A stretch of 64,000 nt of DNA from assembly GCA_026415505.1 (NCBI GenBank), contig JAOAGY010000019.1, forward strand, positions 7,485 to 71,484, given 5' to 3'. The notes beneath the pieces are model-generated. The model had not been told where the DNA came from, made no database searches, and was given only the letters and a program-made list of their open reading frames with translations. Made by a program: the position numbers and the translations under genes. The stretch comes from Chlorobiota bacterium. GTDB taxonomy: Bacteria; Bacteroidota; Ignavibacteria; Kapaibacteriales; NICIL-2. Below, piece after piece: positions 19,757 through 30,345 of the stretch (its first letter is position 1; the number at the start of each line of letters is the position of its first letter).

Positions 19757-21298
19757 ATGGATCGCATCGCACAGTTGGAAGAGTATCGCCGCCTTGCCAT
19801 GCTCGGTGGTGGCGAAGACCGCATCGCCGAACAGCACCGCAAAGGCAAACTCACTGCACGCGAGCGGCTCGACGCGCTGCTCGATCCCGGCTCGTTCGAA
19901 GAGTTCGACATGTTCGTCCGGCATCGGTCGAGCGGTTTCGGACTCGAGCGCAATCGTCCGTTCGGCGATGGCGTCGTCACCGGTGTCGGCACGATCGGCG
20001 GGCGCACGGTGTGCGTGTTCTCGCAGGATTTCACGGTCTTCGGTGGTTCGCTCAGCGAAGCGCATGCAGAAAAGATTTGCAAGGTGATGGATCTTGCGCT
20101 CAAGATCGGCGCTCCGATCGTCGGCATCAACGATTCGGGCGGGGCGCGCATCCAAGAAGGCGTCGTTTCGCTCGGCGGGTATGCCGACATTTTCTTGCGC
20201 AACACGCTCGCCAGCGGCGTCGTACCGCAGATTTCCGTCATCATGGGTCCGTGCGCTGGCGGTGCTGTGTACTCGCCGGCGATCACCGATTTCATCTTCA
20301 TGGTGCGCGGCACATCGTACATGTTCGTTACCGGTCCGAACGTGGTCAAGACGGTCACGCACGAAGACGTCACCTTCGACGAACTCGGCGGCGCCGATAC
20401 TCATGCGACCAAGTCGGGCGTCGCGCATTTTGTTTTCGACGACGAGATCGAGACGCTGCTGGCGGTGCGGAAGCTGCTGTCGTTTCTGCCGTCGTCGAAC
20501 TGGTCACCGGTGCCGCGCATTTCGACGACCGACAGTCCCGATCGGCTCTGTCCACGGCTCGACCGCATCGTTCCTGCCGATCCCGCCCAACCCTACGACA
20601 TGAAGGAAGTCATCGTCGAGGTCGTCGATGAAGGCGACTTCTTCGAGGTGCAGTCCGAGTACGCACCGAACATCATCGTCGGCTTTGCGACGCTCGGTGG
20701 CATGCCTGTCGGCATCGTCGCCAATCAACCGAATGCATTGGCTGGCGTGCTCGACATCAACAGCTCGGTCAAGGCGGCGCGCTTCGTTCGCTTCTGCGAT
20801 TGTTTCAACATTCCGCTCGTGGTGTTCGTGGATGTTCCTGGCTTTTTGCCGGGTACCGATCAAGAGTGGAACGGCATCATCCGTCACGGTGCGAAGCTCC
20901 TCTATGCGTTCTGCGAAGCGACGGTGCCGAAGATGACCGTCATCACGCGCAAAGCCTACGGCGGCGCATACGACGTGATGAACTCCAAGCACATTCGCGG
21001 CGATTACAACCTGGCGTGGGTCACAGCCGAGATCGCTGTCATGGGTGCAAAAGGTGCTGTCGAGATTCTCTTCCGCAAGGAGCTCGAACGTGCAGAGAAC
21101 AAGGATGAACGCATGCGACAACTCGAGCGCGAATACAACGAACAGTTCGCGCATCCGTACCGTGCAGCCGAGCGTGGATACGTCGACGATGTGATCGTTC
21201 CGAGTCACACGCGCATGCGACTTGTCCGAGCACTCGAGCGACTGGCGCCGAAACGCGATGCGAATCCACCGAAGAAACACGGGAACATTCCGTTGTAG
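19757..21298 (+). CDS. pccB: Acyl-CoA (propionyl-CoA) carboxylase beta / carboxyltransferase subunit
   Basis: [56 protein letters not shown]. Start at ATG 19757. Confidence 0.95.
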   Translation: MDRIAQLEEYRRLAMLGGGEDRIAEQHRKGKLTARERLDALLDPGSFEEFDMFVRHRSSGFGLERNRPFGDGVVTGVGTIGGRTVCVFSQDFTVFGGSLSEAHAEKICKVMDLALKIGAPIVGINDSGGARIQEGVVSLGGYADIFLRNTLASGVVPQISVIMGPCAGGAVYSPAITDFIFMVRGTSYMFVTGPNVVKTVTHEDVTFDELGGADTHATKSGVAHFVFDDEIETLLAVRKLLSFLPSSNWSPVPRISTTDSPDRLCPRLDRIVPADPAQPYDMKEVIVEVVDEGDFFEVQSEYAPNIIVGFATLGGMPVGIVANQPNALAGVLDINSSVKAARFVRFCDCFNIPLVVFVDVPGFLPGTDQEWNGIIRHGAKLLYAFCEATVPKMTVITRKAYGGAYDVMNSKHIRGDYNLAWVTAEIAVMGAKGAVEILFRKELERAENKDERMRQLEREYNEQFAHPYRAAERGYVDDVIVPSHTRMRLVRALERLAPKRDANPPKKHGNIPL

Positions 21299-21408
21299 CA
21301 CGACTTCGTCGCTACGCGACATCGCGACACGCGATCGCCCGCAAAACAAGGAACCATGCGGCTTTCAGGGCATCGTTGTCCATCGCACGATGCACGACTC
21401 GATCGACG

Positions 21409-21432
21409 CGTGCGAAAAAATTTTTTCGCACG
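21409..21432. promoter_or_regulatory. Perfect 24-bp palindrome CGTGCGAAAAAATTTTTTCGCACG upstream of a promoter
   Basis: Read directly. Centre is about 24 bp upstream of the -35 at 21445. Confidence 0.6.
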
Positions 21433-21444
21433 TGCAAATTTCTC

Positions 21445-21473
21445 TTGTAAAATCGCTTTCGGTTTTGTAGTAT
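21445..21473 (+). promoter_or_regulatory. Sigma70-type promoter of the histone-like gene
   Basis: TTGTAA (21445-21450), 17-bp spacer ending in TG, TAGTAT (21468-21473). Confidence 0.65.
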
Positions 21474-21517
21474 TGCGATGCATTTTGTTTGTACCACTTT
21501 AGTACAAAGAGGTCGCT

Positions 21518-21685
21518 ATGGCAACTGCCAAGAAGGCGGCTGCGAAGAAGGCGCCGGCAAAGAAAGCCGCAGCCAAGAAGGCACCGGCGAAGAAAGCGCC
21601 AGCCAAGAAGGCGGCTGCGAAGAAGGCGCCGGCAAAGAAAGCCGCAGCCAAGAAAGCAGCGCCAGCGAAGAAAGCTGCAAAGTAA
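21518..21685 (+). CDS. 55-aa histone H1-like (Lys/Ala/Pro-repeat) protein, absent from the ORF track
   Basis: Translated by hand: MATAKKAAAKKAPAKKAAAKKAPAKKAPAKKAAAKKAPAKKAAAKKAAPAKKAAK*. RBS AGAGG upstream. Third codon positions vary between repeats while the amino acids are kept. Confidence 0.9.
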   Translation: MATAKKAAAKKAPAKKAAAKKAPAKKAPAKKAAAKKAPAKKAAAKKAAPAKKAAK

Positions 21686-21713
21686 CCTCTCGCTGGCAAG
21701 GCTTCTTCTCCGC

Positions 21714-21741
21714 GAAGGCTCTCACCACCGTGAGAGCCTTC
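21714..21741 (+). terminator. 12-bp stem-loop after the histone-like gene (terminator or mRNA stabiliser)
   Basis: GAAGGCTCTCAC-CACC-GTGAGAGCCTTC. No clear U-tract. Confidence 0.55.
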
Positions 21742-21773
21742 AGCGTCCATAAGGGACACACCGCATTCCTTCG

Positions 21774-22616
21774 ATGAACGATCCCGCAATCGTCCGCTCC
21801 GTCGGCACGATGCTCGATGCGCACGATGTCGCGACAGTCGAGCAACTCGTCGAGCGCATCACAGCACTGCTGGCGACCGATCCTGAGCGGCTGATGAACA
21901 TCCTCTACCGCCTCGACGTCAGCGAAGACCGCATCGGCGAGATTTTCCGCCGCACACCGCTCGACCGCATCGCTGCTGCCATCGCACAGGCGATGATCGA
22001 ACGCATTGCCGAGAAACTCGCCACACGCCAGCGCTACGCTCGCTCGCGACAGTTCGACGTTCGTCTTCGTTCCTACACACCCGACGACGCCGAGCAGCTC
22101 TACGACGCAGTGATCGAATCGTTCGAGGAATTGTCGCGTTGGCTGGCATGGTGTCGAAAGGGATACTCGCTCGCCGACGCGCAGGCGTGGTGCCAGTGGG
22201 CAGCCGAAAGCTTCGCAGCAGGCGAGGCATATCACTTCGTCGTCGAAGCTCTGCGCGTCGAGAGCATCGAGTTTGCAGGCGGATGCTCTCTGACGCCGAC
22301 CACCGATCGCGCCAACAATGTCGTTCAACTCGGATACTGGACGCGTTCGACGCTCGCCGGTTGCGGCGTCGCCACGAAAGCAGCATCGGCGGCTGTCGCA
22401 TACGCTTTCGATCGCCTCGCAGCCGAGCGCGTCGAGATACTCATCGCCACCGGCAACAAAGCCAGCCAGCGTGTCGCCGAAAAGATCGGTGCGCAGCGCG
22501 AAGGCGTCATGCGGAGCCGTTTGGCTGTCGGCGATCGACGGCACGATGCGTTCGTGTACGGCATTCTCCGCAGCCAGTGGATCGAGCGCCGCAGTGGCGA
22601 GCATCGAGCGCCGTGA
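21774..22616 (+). CDS. RimJ/RimL-type GNAT N-acetyltransferase with an extra N-terminal helical domain
   Basis: QLGYWTRSTLAGCGVATKA, GNKASQRVAEKIGAQREG. N-terminal LMNILYRLDVSE domain. Confidence 0.85.
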   Translation: MNDPAIVRSVGTMLDAHDVATVEQLVERITALLATDPERLMNILYRLDVSEDRIGEIFRRTPLDRIAAAIAQAMIERIAEKLATRQRYARSRQFDVRLRSYTPDDAEQLYDAVIESFEELSRWLAWCRKGYSLADAQAWCQWAAESFAAGEAYHFVVEALRVESIEFAGGCSLTPTTDRANNVVQLGYWTRSTLAGCGVATKAASAAVAYAFDRLAAERVEILIATGNKASQRVAEKIGAQREGVMRSRLAVGDRRHDAFVYGILRSQWIERRSGEHRAP

Positions 22617-22652
22617 CGCTATTTTCGTACGTGGAACAACGGCCTCCTACCG

Positions 22653-23522
22653 ATGGCAAAAACCAACGAGCGTTACTTCGTTTTCGGTGAACTGCCTTCC
22701 CTTGTCGAAACAGTGAGGATGCTCGATGAAAACGGCGAATCGTTCCTCATCTTCGATCGGTCGCCGGATGAGTACGAGCTTTTTTACTCTCGACCCCAGC
22801 AACTGGAATCTCGACCACCATTCGAACCAGCAGCACCCGAGCTGGAACCATACAGAGATCGCATCGTTCGCCGTGTTGACGACATCCCCGACGACCAGCT
22901 CCCAACGGTCATCATCGATGTGTCGCTCCAATCCCTAAACGATCAATCGAACATCCTGTGGGACCTGCTCGAACGAGCAACGAACGACGTGCTCATTCTT
23001 GCTTCGACGCTGTCGTACACTGCCACCGAAGTCGCTCGCTGGTTCACCGACGATTCGACCGTCGTCGGTTTCAACGGCATGCCGGGCTGGACGTCGCTCG
23101 AGGCGATCGAGATTGCGCCAGCCTTGGGGTGCCCGAACGCAGCACTCGATCGGGCGCAAAGCATATTTGCAGCATGGGATTTTCGGACAGAGGTCGTCGA
23201 GGACCGTGTCGGATTGGTCGTGCCGCGAATTTTGGCGATGTTGTTCAACGAAGCGGCTTATGCAGTGATGGAAAACGTTGCATCACCGAGCGACATCGAT
23301 ACTGCGGTCAAGCTCGGTGTCAACTATCCGCACGGCTTGCTCGAGTGGGCTGATGCATTCGGTTTAGAGCGCATTGTAGCTATCCTCGACGCGCTCTACG
23401 CTGAATACGGCGATCCGCGCTACAATGCTTGCCCATTGCTCCGGCAATACGTCCGCGCTCACTGGACAGGCAAAGAGAGCGGACGCGGATTCTTCGAGCA
23501 CGACACCGTCGAACGGGCGTGA
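22653..23522 (+). CDS. 3-hydroxyacyl-CoA dehydrogenase family protein with a degenerate N-terminal NAD-binding domain
   Basis: PRILAMLFNEAA, DIDTAVKLGVNYPHGLLEWADAFG, GKESGRGFF. No GxGxxG. Confidence 0.8.
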   Translation: MAKTNERYFVFGELPSLVETVRMLDENGESFLIFDRSPDEYELFYSRPQQLESRPPFEPAAPELEPYRDRIVRRVDDIPDDQLPTVIIDVSLQSLNDQSNILWDLLERATNDVLILASTLSYTATEVARWFTDDSTVVGFNGMPGWTSLEAIEIAPALGCPNAALDRAQSIFAAWDFRTEVVEDRVGLVVPRILAMLFNEAAYAVMENVASPSDIDTAVKLGVNYPHGLLEWADAFGLERIVAILDALYAEYGDPRYNACPLLRQYVRAHWTGKESGRGFFEHDTVERA

Positions 23523-23524
23523 GA

Positions 23525-23980
23525 ATGCGTCCGCGTATTGCGCTCTTCGATGCAGCACTCGGCGACGGTATCGAATCGTTCGCCTCGCTCTTTGCCGCCG
23601 GTTGGACGTGCATGGTTGTCTCCCCAGACAATTGCGATACGCTGCAATCGCTGCCGGTCATCGTACCGACAACAAAGGGTCAGTCGTGCTGCGGTAGTCG
23701 CTACTGCATTCGCGATGCAGTCGTCTCCCGCCTCCCCGATCGCGCCGTCGTCGTGGCAATTATCCTGCGCCCTGAGCTACAGTGCCTGGCTGAGTGCGCC
23801 GACACAATTTTTGCCTGCGATGCCGTCGCGCGATGGTGTCATCAACGCAGCATCCCGGCTCGAGGTGTGAAGACAATCGCTGGATTGCGCGAGTGTGTGG
23901 AGACCTACCTGCAGAAAGGTATTTTTTCGACACGACATCGTGCCCAGCTGTATCGTCAACACTTAGCGGAGGTCGAATGA
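23525..23980 (+). CDS. Hypothetical protein, translationally coupled to the histidine kinase
   Basis: ATG at 23525 lies just after the upstream stop. The stop overlaps the kinase ATG (ATGA). Confidence 0.5.
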   Translation: MRPRIALFDAALGDGIESFASLFAAGWTCMVVSPDNCDTLQSLPVIVPTTKGQSCCGSRYCIRDAVVSRLPDRAVVVAIILRPELQCLAECADTIFACDAVARWCHQRSIPARGVKTIAGLRECVETYLQKGIFSTRHRAQLYRQHLAEVE

Positions 23981-25494
23981 AGCGCTCGATTTCTCTCGGC
24001 ACGATCGGTTTGGCAATAGCAATCGTATTCGGCGCGATAGCACCGATCGCCGCACAAGAGTATGTCACGATTCTGCGTTCGTTCAGCGTCAATGGGCAAC
24101 CTGTCGCGGAGCGGTTGTGGAAAGAAGGAATCGAAATTCGACCCGAAGATTACATCGAGCTGATACCGGCAGTTCGAAGTACCACAGGCGACACCATCGC
24201 GGCAATCAGTTACGTGATCGAAATCGCCAGTGACGAAGTCAAACACCAGCGAACGATCATCGAACCACGCATCGAATACAAGGGGCTACCATCGGGCAGT
24301 TATACTCTCCGCATCCAAGCTCAACTCGACAAGGGTTCGGCAGCAGCGCCGCTGTTGCTACGCTTTCGCGTCGGCTCGCAGCTCTCGATCGCAGACCGAC
24401 ACGACGCGCCGACACCGACCGATACAGCAACAGCAGCACCGCAGGGTGTGTTTCCACTCCGCTTGTGGATTGTGCTCGCCTTGGCAACGAGCATCATCAG
24501 TTTGGTGTTGGCAGGACTGCTGCTCAAGCACCGACGTCGAACACGTCTCACGACGCAAGACTTCGATCGCCTTCGCGCTGAACTCGATGCTACGCGCAAA
24601 CGTGCCGAGCAATTCGAACAGCAATGTGCAGCGCTCGAACGCGAACTCAACGATGTCCGTGCATCGCTTGCCGAACGTCTGGCACAAGCCGAACACCACA
24701 ACTCGCAATTGAACCAGCAGAATCGCTTCCTCCGTGAACAGGTCGAACGGCTCCGAGCTGCCAAACAGCGACTCGAAGAGTTGCAGTCGGAAAAAGATAT
24801 GCTTTTCGGCATGATCATCCACGACATCAAGAACCCCCTCCTGGTCATCGAGAACTTGGTGCAACTACTTCGTAACTACGACTCGAACTCGATCGAAACA
24901 CAACAAATTCTCAACGACCTGGCTGAGACAACCAGCCGAATCGTGGCGCTCTCACAACAGGTCTCGCGTCTTCTGGCGATCGAGCGCAGCGATGGTTCCC
25001 CCATCGAATTCCAGAACGCCGATCTTGCTGAAATACTTCGCTCGGTTATCCATCGCAACGCCTATTTAGCTCGACGCAAGAACATTCAAATTCTCGAAGA
25101 ATTGCCCCAGAGTCTTCCAGCCGAATGCGATCCCCAACGCATCGAAGAAGTGTTCGACAACATCCTCAGCAACGCCATCAAGTATTCGCATGCTGATTCG
25201 CTTGTGTTCGTCCGTGCACAGAAAGGCGACACCCACCACACAATCGAGATACAAGATCACGGCGTCGGCATGACTAATGAAGATATCCAACGCTTGTTCG
25301 AGCGCGGTGCGGTACTCAGCAGCACTCCGACTGCCGGCGAACCGTCGAGCGGCATCGGACTATGGATCGTGCGCCGTTTGGTCGAACGTCATCACGGCAG
25401 TATCTCGGTGCAAAGCACAAAGGGAGAAGGAACGACGGTGACAATCTCGCTCCCCATCACTCAGCCGTCACAAGAGCTGGTCAACGGTTCATAA
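23977..25494 (+). CDS. Membrane sensor histidine kinase (Ig-like sensor, TM, coiled coil, HisKA, HATPase)
   Basis: H-box IIHDIKNPL, N-box NILSNAIKYS, DHGVGM, SGIGLWIV, STKGEGTT. Confidence 0.92.
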   Translation: MKRSISLGTIGLAIAIVFGAIAPIAAQEYVTILRSFSVNGQPVAERLWKEGIEIRPEDYIELIPAVRSTTGDTIAAISYVIEIASDEVKHQRTIIEPRIEYKGLPSGSYTLRIQAQLDKGSAAAPLLLRFRVGSQLSIADRHDAPTPTDTATAAPQGVFPLRLWIVLALATSIISLVLAGLLLKHRRRTRLTTQDFDRLRAELDATRKRAEQFEQQCAALERELNDVRASLAERLAQAEHHNSQLNQQNRFLREQVERLRAAKQRLEELQSEKDMLFGMIIHDIKNPLLVIENLVQLLRNYDSNSIETQQILNDLAETTSRIVALSQQVSRLLAIERSDGSPIEFQNADLAEILRSVIHRNAYLARRKNIQILEELPQSLPAECDPQRIEEVFDNILSNAIKYSHADSLVFVRAQKGDTHHTIEIQDHGVGMTNEDIQRLFERGAVLSSTPTAGEPSSGIGLWIVRRLVERHHGSISVQSTKGEGTTVTISLPITQPSQELVNGS

Positions 25495-25546
25495 GCTGCG
25501 CCGGCTCCAGGAAAAGAGCTGGCAACGCCCACAGCGAAGGGGACTG

Positions 25547-26890
25547 CTACGCCTGTTGCCAGCCTTTCGTGTCGAGATACTTCGTGTCGAACGTGCCGGC
25601 GATGAAATCGGGATTGTCCATCATCGCCCGATGGAAGGGAATCGTCGTGCAGATACCCTCGACGACGAACTCGTCGAGTGCACGACGCATTTTGGCGATC
25701 GCTTCCTGGCGTGTCGGTGCGAACGTGATGAGCTTGGCGATCATCGAGTCGTAATACGGAGGAATCGTGTAGCCTTGGTAAATGTGGGAATCTATCCGCA
25801 CACCGTGCCCACCGGGAAAATGGAGCGATGTTATCTGCCCTGGCGAGGGTCGCCAACCTTTGGTGGGGTCTTCGGCATTGATACGGCATTCGATCGCATG
25901 CATCATCGGTTCGTGCTCCCGGAAACTGAGTCGCTCACCCATCGCCACGAGCAGTTGCTCTTTGATCAGATCGACACCGAGCGACTGTTCGGTAACGGGA
26001 TGCTCCACCTGGATGCGCGTGTTCATCTCCATGAAGTAGAAGTTGCGATGCTTGTCCACCAAAAACTCGATCGTGCCGGCACCGATGTAGCCGACGGCAG
26101 CCGCACCGCGTTTTGCTGCTTCACCCATGCGCGCACGAAGCTCCGGCGTCATGATCGGCGACGGCGCCTCCTCGATGAGCTTTTGGTGACGGCGCTGAAT
26201 CGAGCATTCCCGTTCGTTGAGATGCACGACGTTGCCGTGCGTGTCGCCGAACACCTGAAACTCGATGTGTCGCGGTTCTTCGAGGAACTTTTCGATGTAC
26301 ACGTCGGGATTGCCGAACGCAGCGTCGGCTTCGTTGCGCGCGGTGACGAACGCTTGCTCCAGCTCGCGCTCGCTCTCGACGTAGCGCATCCCCTTGCCGC
26401 CGCCACCGGCGACTGCTTTGAGCATTACCGGATAGCCGATCTCGGCAGCGATCGCCATGGCTTCTTTGAGACTCGACACGACGCCCTCGCTGCCAGGAAT
26501 GACCGGTACGCCAGCAGCACGCATCGTTTCTTTGGCGACCGACTTGTTCCCCATGGCTGCGATTTGTTCCGGCGTCGGTCCGATGAACGTGATGCTGTGA
26601 TCGCGACAAATTTCAGCGAACGTTTCGTTCTCCGCCAAAAAACCGTAGCCCGGATGAATCGCATCGGCGTTGGTAACTTCTGCAGCAGCGATGATGTGCG
26701 GAATCTTCAGGTACGACTCCTTGCTCGGCGGTGGACCGATGCACACGGCTTCATCGGCAAAGCGGACGTGGAGCGAGGTTTCGTCGGCTTTCGAATAGAC
26801 GGCAACGGTTTTGATCCCCAGCTCCTTGCATGCGCGAATGATCCGGAGCGCAATTTCACCGCGATTGGCTATGAGCACTTTTCGGAACAT
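25547..26890 (-). CDS. accC: Biotin carboxylase
   Basis: [57 protein letters not shown]. Confidence 0.97.
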   Translation of the reverse strand: MFRKVLIANRGEIALRIIRACKELGIKTVAVYSKADETSLHVRFADEAVCIGPPPSKESYLKIPHIIAAAEVTNADAIHPGYGFLAENETFAEICRDHSITFIGPTPEQIAAMGNKSVAKETMRAAGVPVIPGSEGVVSSLKEAMAIAAEIGYPVMLKAVAGGGGKGMRYVESERELEQAFVTARNEADAAFGNPDVYIEKFLEEPRHIEFQVFGDTHGNVVHLNERECSIQRRHQKLIEEAPSPIMTPELRARMGEAAKRGAAAVGYIGAGTIEFLVDKHRNFYFMEMNTRIQVEHPVTEQSLGVDLIKEQLLVAMGERLSFREHEPMMHAIECRINAEDPTKGWRPSPGQITSLHFPGGHGVRIDSHIYQGYTIPPYYDSMIAKLITFAPTRQEAIAKMRRALDEFVVEGICTTIPFHRAMMDNPDFIAGTFDTKYLDTKGWQQA

Positions 26891-26923
26891 CGCTTCGTTT
26901 CAGTGGTGACACCAATCGGCGGG

Positions 26924-27415
26924 CTAATCGAGCGCGATCTCGAACAGGGGCTGATTGTACTCGACCGGCTGCCCGTTCTCGACCAAAATCTTGACCACAG
27001 TGCCGCTGACGTCGCTTTCGATCTCGTTCATGAGCTTCATCGCTTCGACGATGCAGAGGGTTTGCCCCGGAACGACGCGATCGCCTACTTTGACGAACGG
27101 ATCGGCATCCGGCGCCGGCGCACGGTAGAACGTCCCTACGATCGGCGAAACGATCGTGTGCGTCTTCTGGCTGCTCACTGGTGGCGATGGCGCGGACTTC
27201 TCCGCTGGCGTCTCGACCGGTGTTGCCGGCTGCGGCGCTGGCGCTGGTGCAGCGATCGGTTGCGGCATCGCCATCGGCTGCAACATCACCGGTTGCGAGC
27301 TGTTGCCGGTGTGTCGTGCCAGATGTACCGTTACCCCCTCCTCTTCGATGGTCAGCTCGGTCAGCGTGGATTCGTCGAACAGTTTCAGCAAGCGACGAAG
27401 GTAGTTCAGATCCAT
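26924..27415 (-). CDS. accB: Biotin carboxyl carrier protein
   Basis: SPIVGTFY and EAMKLMNEI biotinylation motif. Start at ATG 27415. Confidence 0.96.
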   Translation of the reverse strand: MDLNYLRRLLKLFDESTLTELTIEEEGVTVHLARHTGNSSQPVMLQPMAMPQPIAAPAPAPQPATPVETPAEKSAPSPPVSSQKTHTIVSPIVGTFYRAPAPDADPFVKVGDRVVPGQTLCIVEAMKLMNEIESDVSGTVVKILVENGQPVEYNQPLFEIALD

Positions 27416-27455
27416 CGCAGTCGGGCGAAGGTGAAACCGAATGCAAGATACGACG

Positions 27456-28019
27456 CTACTCCTTGACGCGCTCGATGTATTCCCCCGTGCGGGTATCGAC
27501 GCGCACAAGATCGCCGGTGTTGACGAACAGCGGAACGTCGATCGTCGCCCCCGTTTCCAGGCGTGCCGGTTTGAGTACGTTCGACGTCGTGTCGCCTTTG
27601 AATCCCGGCTCGGTGTATTCGACGCGCAAGTTCACGTGCGGCGGAAGTTCGACCGACAGCACCGTATCCCCTTCGAACATGAGTTCGACGTCCTGCCCTT
27701 CCTTCAAGAATCGCGCCGCATCGCCGACGACGGCACCATCGACGGGAATTTGCTCGTAAGTTTCCTGTTCCATGAACACGTACACTTCCCCATCGCGGTA
27801 GAGAAATTGATACGGTCGGCGCTCGACGCGCACGAGTTCGATTTCTTCGCCCGAACGGAAACGGTTTTCGAGAAGTTTGCCGCTGCGCACCACACGCATT
27901 TTGACTTGATAGAACGCCCGCAAATTGCCCGGCGTCCGGTGCTCCGATTCGAGAACCTGACAGAGTTCGCCATTGAAACGGATAAAAACACCCGGGCGCA
28001 GGTCCGATGTCGTTGCCAT
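27456..28019 (-). CDS. efp: Elongation factor P
   Basis: [29 protein letters not shown]. Start at ATG 28019. Confidence 0.96.
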   Translation of the reverse strand: MATTSDLRPGVFIRFNGELCQVLESEHRTPGNLRAFYQVKMRVVRSGKLLENRFRSGEEIELVRVERRPYQFLYRDGEVYVFMEQETYEQIPVDGAVVGDAARFLKEGQDVELMFEGDTVLSVELPPHVNLRVEYTEPGFKGDTTSNVLKPARLETGATIDVPLFVNTGDLVRVDTRTGEYIERVKE

Positions 28020-28098
28020 AGATTCGATCGAGACGATGTAGAACAAAGTTGCACAAAAAACGCGGCTGGTCGTCGGCTCGCCGCGCTGATCGAAGGCG

Positions 28099-28169
28099 AG
28101 GTCCCGGGCGGAATCGAACCGCCGTACGAGGTTTTGCAGACCTCTGCATAGCCACTATGCTACGGGACC
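28099..28169 (-). tRNA. tRNA-Cys (GCA)
   Basis: Minus strand GGTCCCG...AGAGG-TCTGCAAA-ACCTC...GGCGG-TTCGATT-CCGCC-CGGGACC-T. U discriminator, no encoded CCA. Confidence 0.95.
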
Positions 28170-28212
28170 GGCGGGTGCAAAAATACGGCGCTGAGCAGCG
28201 AGCGACCCGCAC

Positions 28213-29268
28213 TCACTGGAGAAAGCCGTTTTCCTCGTCGGCAATCGGCGCGAACTGATTGTCCACGTAGGGACAGGCGACCCAATGAGTCTGGCTGTGC
28301 TGTTCGAGCGTCGGCGTAAAATGCGCGCACTCGGCTCGTGCGATCGGGCAGCGAGTCCGGAAACTACATCCGCTCGGTTTGTTGATCGGTGTCGGGATAT
28401 CCCCTTCGAGCACGATACGTTTTTTGCCGCGCTTGCGTGGGTCGCTGACGGGCACGGCACTGATGAGCGCTTGTGTGTAGGGATGCTTCGGCGAAAAGTA
28501 CACTTCGTCGCGGGTGCCGATCTCGACGATGTTGCCCAAGTACATGACCGCGATGCGATGCGAGATGTGATAGACCACCGACAGGTCGTGCGCGATGAAC
28601 AGATACGCCATGCCGAATTCCTGCCGCAGGTCTTCCATGAGATTGATCACCTGCGCCTGGACCGATACGTCGAGCGCCGAAACCGGTTCGTCGCAGATGA
28701 TCAGATCGGGATTTGTCGCCAGCGCACGTGCGATGCCGATGCGCTGACGCTGACCGCCGGAGAACTCGTGCGGATAGCGTTCGGCGTACTCGGGCTGCAA
28801 GCCGACTTTTTCGAGCAGCCATTCGACACGTGCGTTTCGCTCGCGGAGACTCATTCGCGGCTCGTGCAAGTCGAGCGGTTCGCGCACGATCTCGCGCACC
28901 GATAGCCGGCTGTTGAGCGACGAGTACGGGTCCTGAAAGATCATCGCGATGCGTCGGCGGTACGGCATCATCTTTCGGGTCGAAAGGTGCAGCAAATCCA
29001 CCGGCTCGCCGTCGGCAGGATAGTACACGACCGATCCCGACACATGCACGTCCGGCGATACATGCCGCAACACGTTGACGATCGCACGACCGACGGTCGT
29101 TTTGCCGCAGCCGGACTCGCCGACAAGTCCGAGCGTTTCGCCACGCTCGATCGAGAACGAAACACCATCGACGGCTTTGATCTCCGCCACGCGGCGCTGC
29201 AACACGCCGGCATAGACGGGAAAATGAACGTGCAAGTCGCGAACGTCGAGGAGAAGCGATTGACTCAT
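28213..29268 (-). CDS. oppF: Peptide ABC transporter ATP-binding protein (OppF-like)
   Basis: [34 protein letters not shown]-terminal CSFRTRC. Start at ATG 29268. Confidence 0.9.
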   Translation of the reverse strand: MSQSLLLDVRDLHVHFPVYAGVLQRRVAEIKAVDGVSFSIERGETLGLVGESGCGKTTVGRAIVNVLRHVSPDVHVSGSVVYYPADGEPVDLLHLSTRKMMPYRRRIAMIFQDPYSSLNSRLSVREIVREPLDLHEPRMSLRERNARVEWLLEKVGLQPEYAERYPHEFSGGQRQRIGIARALATNPDLIICDEPVSALDVSVQAQVINLMEDLRQEFGMAYLFIAHDLSVVYHISHRIAVMYLGNIVEIGTRDEVYFSPKHPYTQALISAVPVSDPRKRGKKRIVLEGDIPTPINKPSGCSFRTRCPIARAECAHFTPTLEQHSQTHWVACPYVDNQFAPIADEENGFLQ

Positions 29269-30302
29269 GCTGTTTCCGCCAGTGGTTGTCCATCGAGAAT
29301 GCGCGGCTGAGCGAGCGTCGTCTCGACCAAATGGCAGCGCACGAAATGATCGGGTGTGATTTCGACCAAAGGTGGCTCTTCGGTATGGCACCGCTCGATA
29401 GCGACCGAGCAGCGCGTGCAGAATTTGCAGCCGCGCGGCAGATTGAGAATGCTCGGCACGTTGCCGGGTATCGCCACGAGCCGTTTGCCGCGGTATTCGG
29501 GCAAGTCCGGTCGCGGGATGGATTGAAGCAAGCCTTTCGTGTACGGATGCAGCGGATTGCCGAACAACTCGAAGACGTCGGCGATTTCCTGCACCTTGCC
29601 GCCGTACATGACCATGACGCGATGGCACGTTTCGGCGACGACCGCCAAGTTGTGCGTGATCAGGACGATCGCGGCGTCTTTGCGCTGCTCTTTCAGTTCG
29701 ATCATCAGTTCGAGAATCTGCGCTTGGATCGTCACATCGAGCGCCGTCGTTGGTTCGTCGGCAATGAGGATGCTCGGATTGCACGCCAACGCCATCGCGA
29801 TCATTACACGTTGCCGCATCCCGCCGGAGAACTGATGCGGATAGTCGTTCAAGCGTTTTTCGGCATCGGGGATTCCGACGAGCGTCAGCAGTTCCGCTGC
29901 ACGGTAGCGAGCGTCGTCTTCCGATATGCCTTCGTGTGCTTGAAGCACTTCGGCGATCTGCATGCCGATGGTGAACACCGGATTGAGCGAGGTCATCGGC
30001 TCCTGGAAAATCATCGCGATCTCTTTGCCGCGGACGCGGTACATCTGGCTGTAATCGAGCCCGACCAGGTCGGTGCCTTTGTAGAGTATCTCGCCACCGA
30101 CGATGCGTCCCGGCGGATCGGGAATGAGCTTCATGATCGAAAGTGCCGTGACCGATTTGCCCGAACCCGATTCGCCGACGATACCGAAGACTTCGCCGGG
30201 ATAGACGTCGAAGCTGACGCCGTCGACGGCTCGCGCCCAGCGTCCCTCGATGTTGAAGTACGTTCGCAGATCGCGTACTCGCAGCAACGGTTCTCGTTCC
30301 AT
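29265..30302 (-). CDS. oppD: Peptide ABC transporter ATP-binding protein (OppD-like)
   Basis: [29 protein letters not shown]. Confidence 0.9.
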   Translation of the reverse strand: MEREPLLRVRDLRTYFNIEGRWARAVDGVSFDVYPGEVFGIVGESGSGKSVTALSIMKLIPDPPGRIVGGEILYKGTDLVGLDYSQMYRVRGKEIAMIFQEPMTSLNPVFTIGMQIAEVLQAHEGISEDDARYRAAELLTLVGIPDAEKRLNDYPHQFSGGMRQRVMIAMALACNPSILIADEPTTALDVTIQAQILELMIELKEQRKDAAIVLITHNLAVVAETCHRVMVMYGGKVQEIADVFELFGNPLHPYTKGLLQSIPRPDLPEYRGKRLVAIPGNVPSILNLPRGCKFCTRCSVAIERCHTEEPPLVEITPDHFVRCHLVETTLAQPRILDGQPLAETA

Positions 30303-30345
30303 TCGGTCGTTCTGAGTTAGTTCGACGAACTCGGTGCGACGACCC

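Noticed and set aside
21478-21789. ORF-track frames 21478-21777, 21489-21752 and 21499-21789 over the K/A/P repeat
   Set aside because: They are alternative frames of the real 55-aa gene at 21518-21685.
28099-28169. tRNA-Cys (and tRNA-Gln at 46639-46710) as island integration sites
   Set aside because: No integrase, no duplicated tRNA 3' end noticed, and the flanking genes are housekeeping.
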